Origin: Planctomycetota bacterium
GTDB taxonomy: Bacteria; Planctomycetota; UBA8108; SXIK01
DNA length: 64,000 nucleotides
Assembly: GCA_965223265.1 (NCBI GenBank)
Contig: OZ244999.1
Span: forward strand, 5,728,001 to 5,792,000
Direction: 5' to 3'
A program made the translations under genes and the position numbers. Positions 63,801 through 64,000 of the stretch are shown in pieces. The notes below the pieces were generated by a model, which searched no databases, was not told where the DNA came from, and saw nothing but the letters and a program-made list of their open reading frames with translations. Every line of letters starts with the position of its first letter. Position 1 is the first letter of the stretch.

Positions 63801-64000
63801 GCGATCCGCCCGGAGTTGGTGTCACTAGCGACGGCGGCAACGCAACCGATTCTCCGCCAGATCGGCTTCGTGACACTTATGATAGCTGATGGCTCGGCAG
63901 ATCCTGCTTACGGAATCGCCGCTGCCAACGTGGAGCGCCTTGAGGACTTCGTCCGAGCTGTGCCACTCCTACCCGATGTCGACCTGCGCGCGACTCTCTA
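60837..64000 (+). CDS. Large PVC-type protein (SGNH-like + dehydrogenase-like beta-propeller + HEAT repeats), truncated by the window end
   Basis: Absent from the ORF track because it has no stop. Manual translation gives a signal peptide, GDSICYLGNTLAERMQ, NGVHLN, ASEAEFPDLANPV, DSADTHH, NPHG, FRPADLEIGPDGA, DWHNAIIGHMQH and HEAT repeats. Relatives usually end in a CxxCH domain, which is not visible here. Confidence 0.88.
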   Translation, partial: MNSRQLLSQRSDFRPLLIVLCIAFLPATKAARAADLLNLQKGDSICYLGNTLAERMQHDGWLETLIQSRFPRKELSFRNLGFSGDEFALRQRSAGFGSPHDHLEHNRADVVFAFFGYNESFAGKKGIKKFKADVGEFIQRTLEQKYNGETPPRLVIFSPIAHEDLRDPNLPYGRDNNARLRLYSEAAAQVCEAHDVIFVDLFMPTRKLYAETATAHTINGVHLNDYGNRKVAEIIDTALFGPRPPHDQAKLTQIRDAVLDKNFYWFQRYRVVDGYNVYGGRSHLEYNGQTNRVVMQREMEILDVMTANRDRRIWAVANGMDFEVDDSSTPEFLPTETNKPGDGPRGSHVYVGGEEAIALMTPAAGMKVNFVASEAEFPDLANPVNMAFDPKGRLFVACMPSYPHWKPKDPFNDKIVILEDLDGDGRADRLKVFADKLHVPTGLEFWGGGLFVGQQPDLMFLKDTDGDDVADIRQRVLHGIDSADTHHALNSFVLDPGGALYFQEGIFHHTQVETAWKAPARCVNAGVFRYEPRTQKFDVFVSYGFANPHGHAIDRWGQSFVTDGTSANTYFAAAFSGHVDFPRKHPRMRTVYDRRTRPCPATEILSSRHFPAANQGNFLVANVIGFLGILQYEFEDAGSGFGAKEVDPIVFSSDPSFRPADLEIGPDGAIWFIDWHNAIIGHMQHHLRDPSRDHKHGRVYRVTYEGGDSLKPVEIDAAPVPHLLDILKQHEDRVRLRARIELSDRKTTEVVAALTKWIAALDQSNPDYEHHLLEALWLHQSHNVVTVELLERLLSAKDARARAAATRVLCYWRDRVPAVLDYLRRLAVDPHPRVRLEAVRAASFFRDVSAIEVALTSLTLPMDYYLDYTLEETLRTLDPYWKHMLAEGKLPGGTALATRHLISRLSVEELMALRTMRPRDVYLELLTRPQLPAELRLEGSRGLAALDETSETSAIVRTLRQLESTDAESSALYDLAHLLTQRGSTELAAIRPELVSLATAATQPILRQIGFVTLMIADGSADPAYGIAAANVERLEDFVRAVPLLPDVDLRATL

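Overview
GC-rich bacterial window, most likely from an uncultured Planctomycetota genome. This is an inference from DUF1501, PQQ-like propellers, a PVC-type SGNH/propeller/HEAT protein and dockerin-like-tagged lamin-tail/CotH proteins. No rRNA, tRNA or CRISPR array was recognised. The main finding is a MarR-headed, translationally coupled operon at 18386-31734 that looks like an uncharacterised lipid/acyl-amide biosynthetic cluster (Rieske oxygenase, two GNAT-like proteins, GH3 ligase, two desaturases, AurF-like diiron enzyme, acyltransferase, PAP2 enzyme, SnoaL/DUF4440 protein). Its central membrane/FG-GAP/ASPIC-UnbV gene is interrupted by a single in-frame UGA (27064-27066), followed 13 nt later by a hairpin resembling a bacterial SECIS, so it is a candidate 1028-aa selenoprotein. 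Other notable items are a Rieske/cytochrome b/octaheme HAO-like respiratory module, a phosphofructokinase homolog lacking most catalytic residues, a 1592-aa ankyrin protein and a MacAB-TolC-type exporter. Non-coding elements are abundant: GTAG-type REPs, a 139-bp module array spaced by hexamer tracts, two MITE families with visible target-site duplications and a two-state hexamer VNTR. All calls come from reading motifs by eye; no database search was run.
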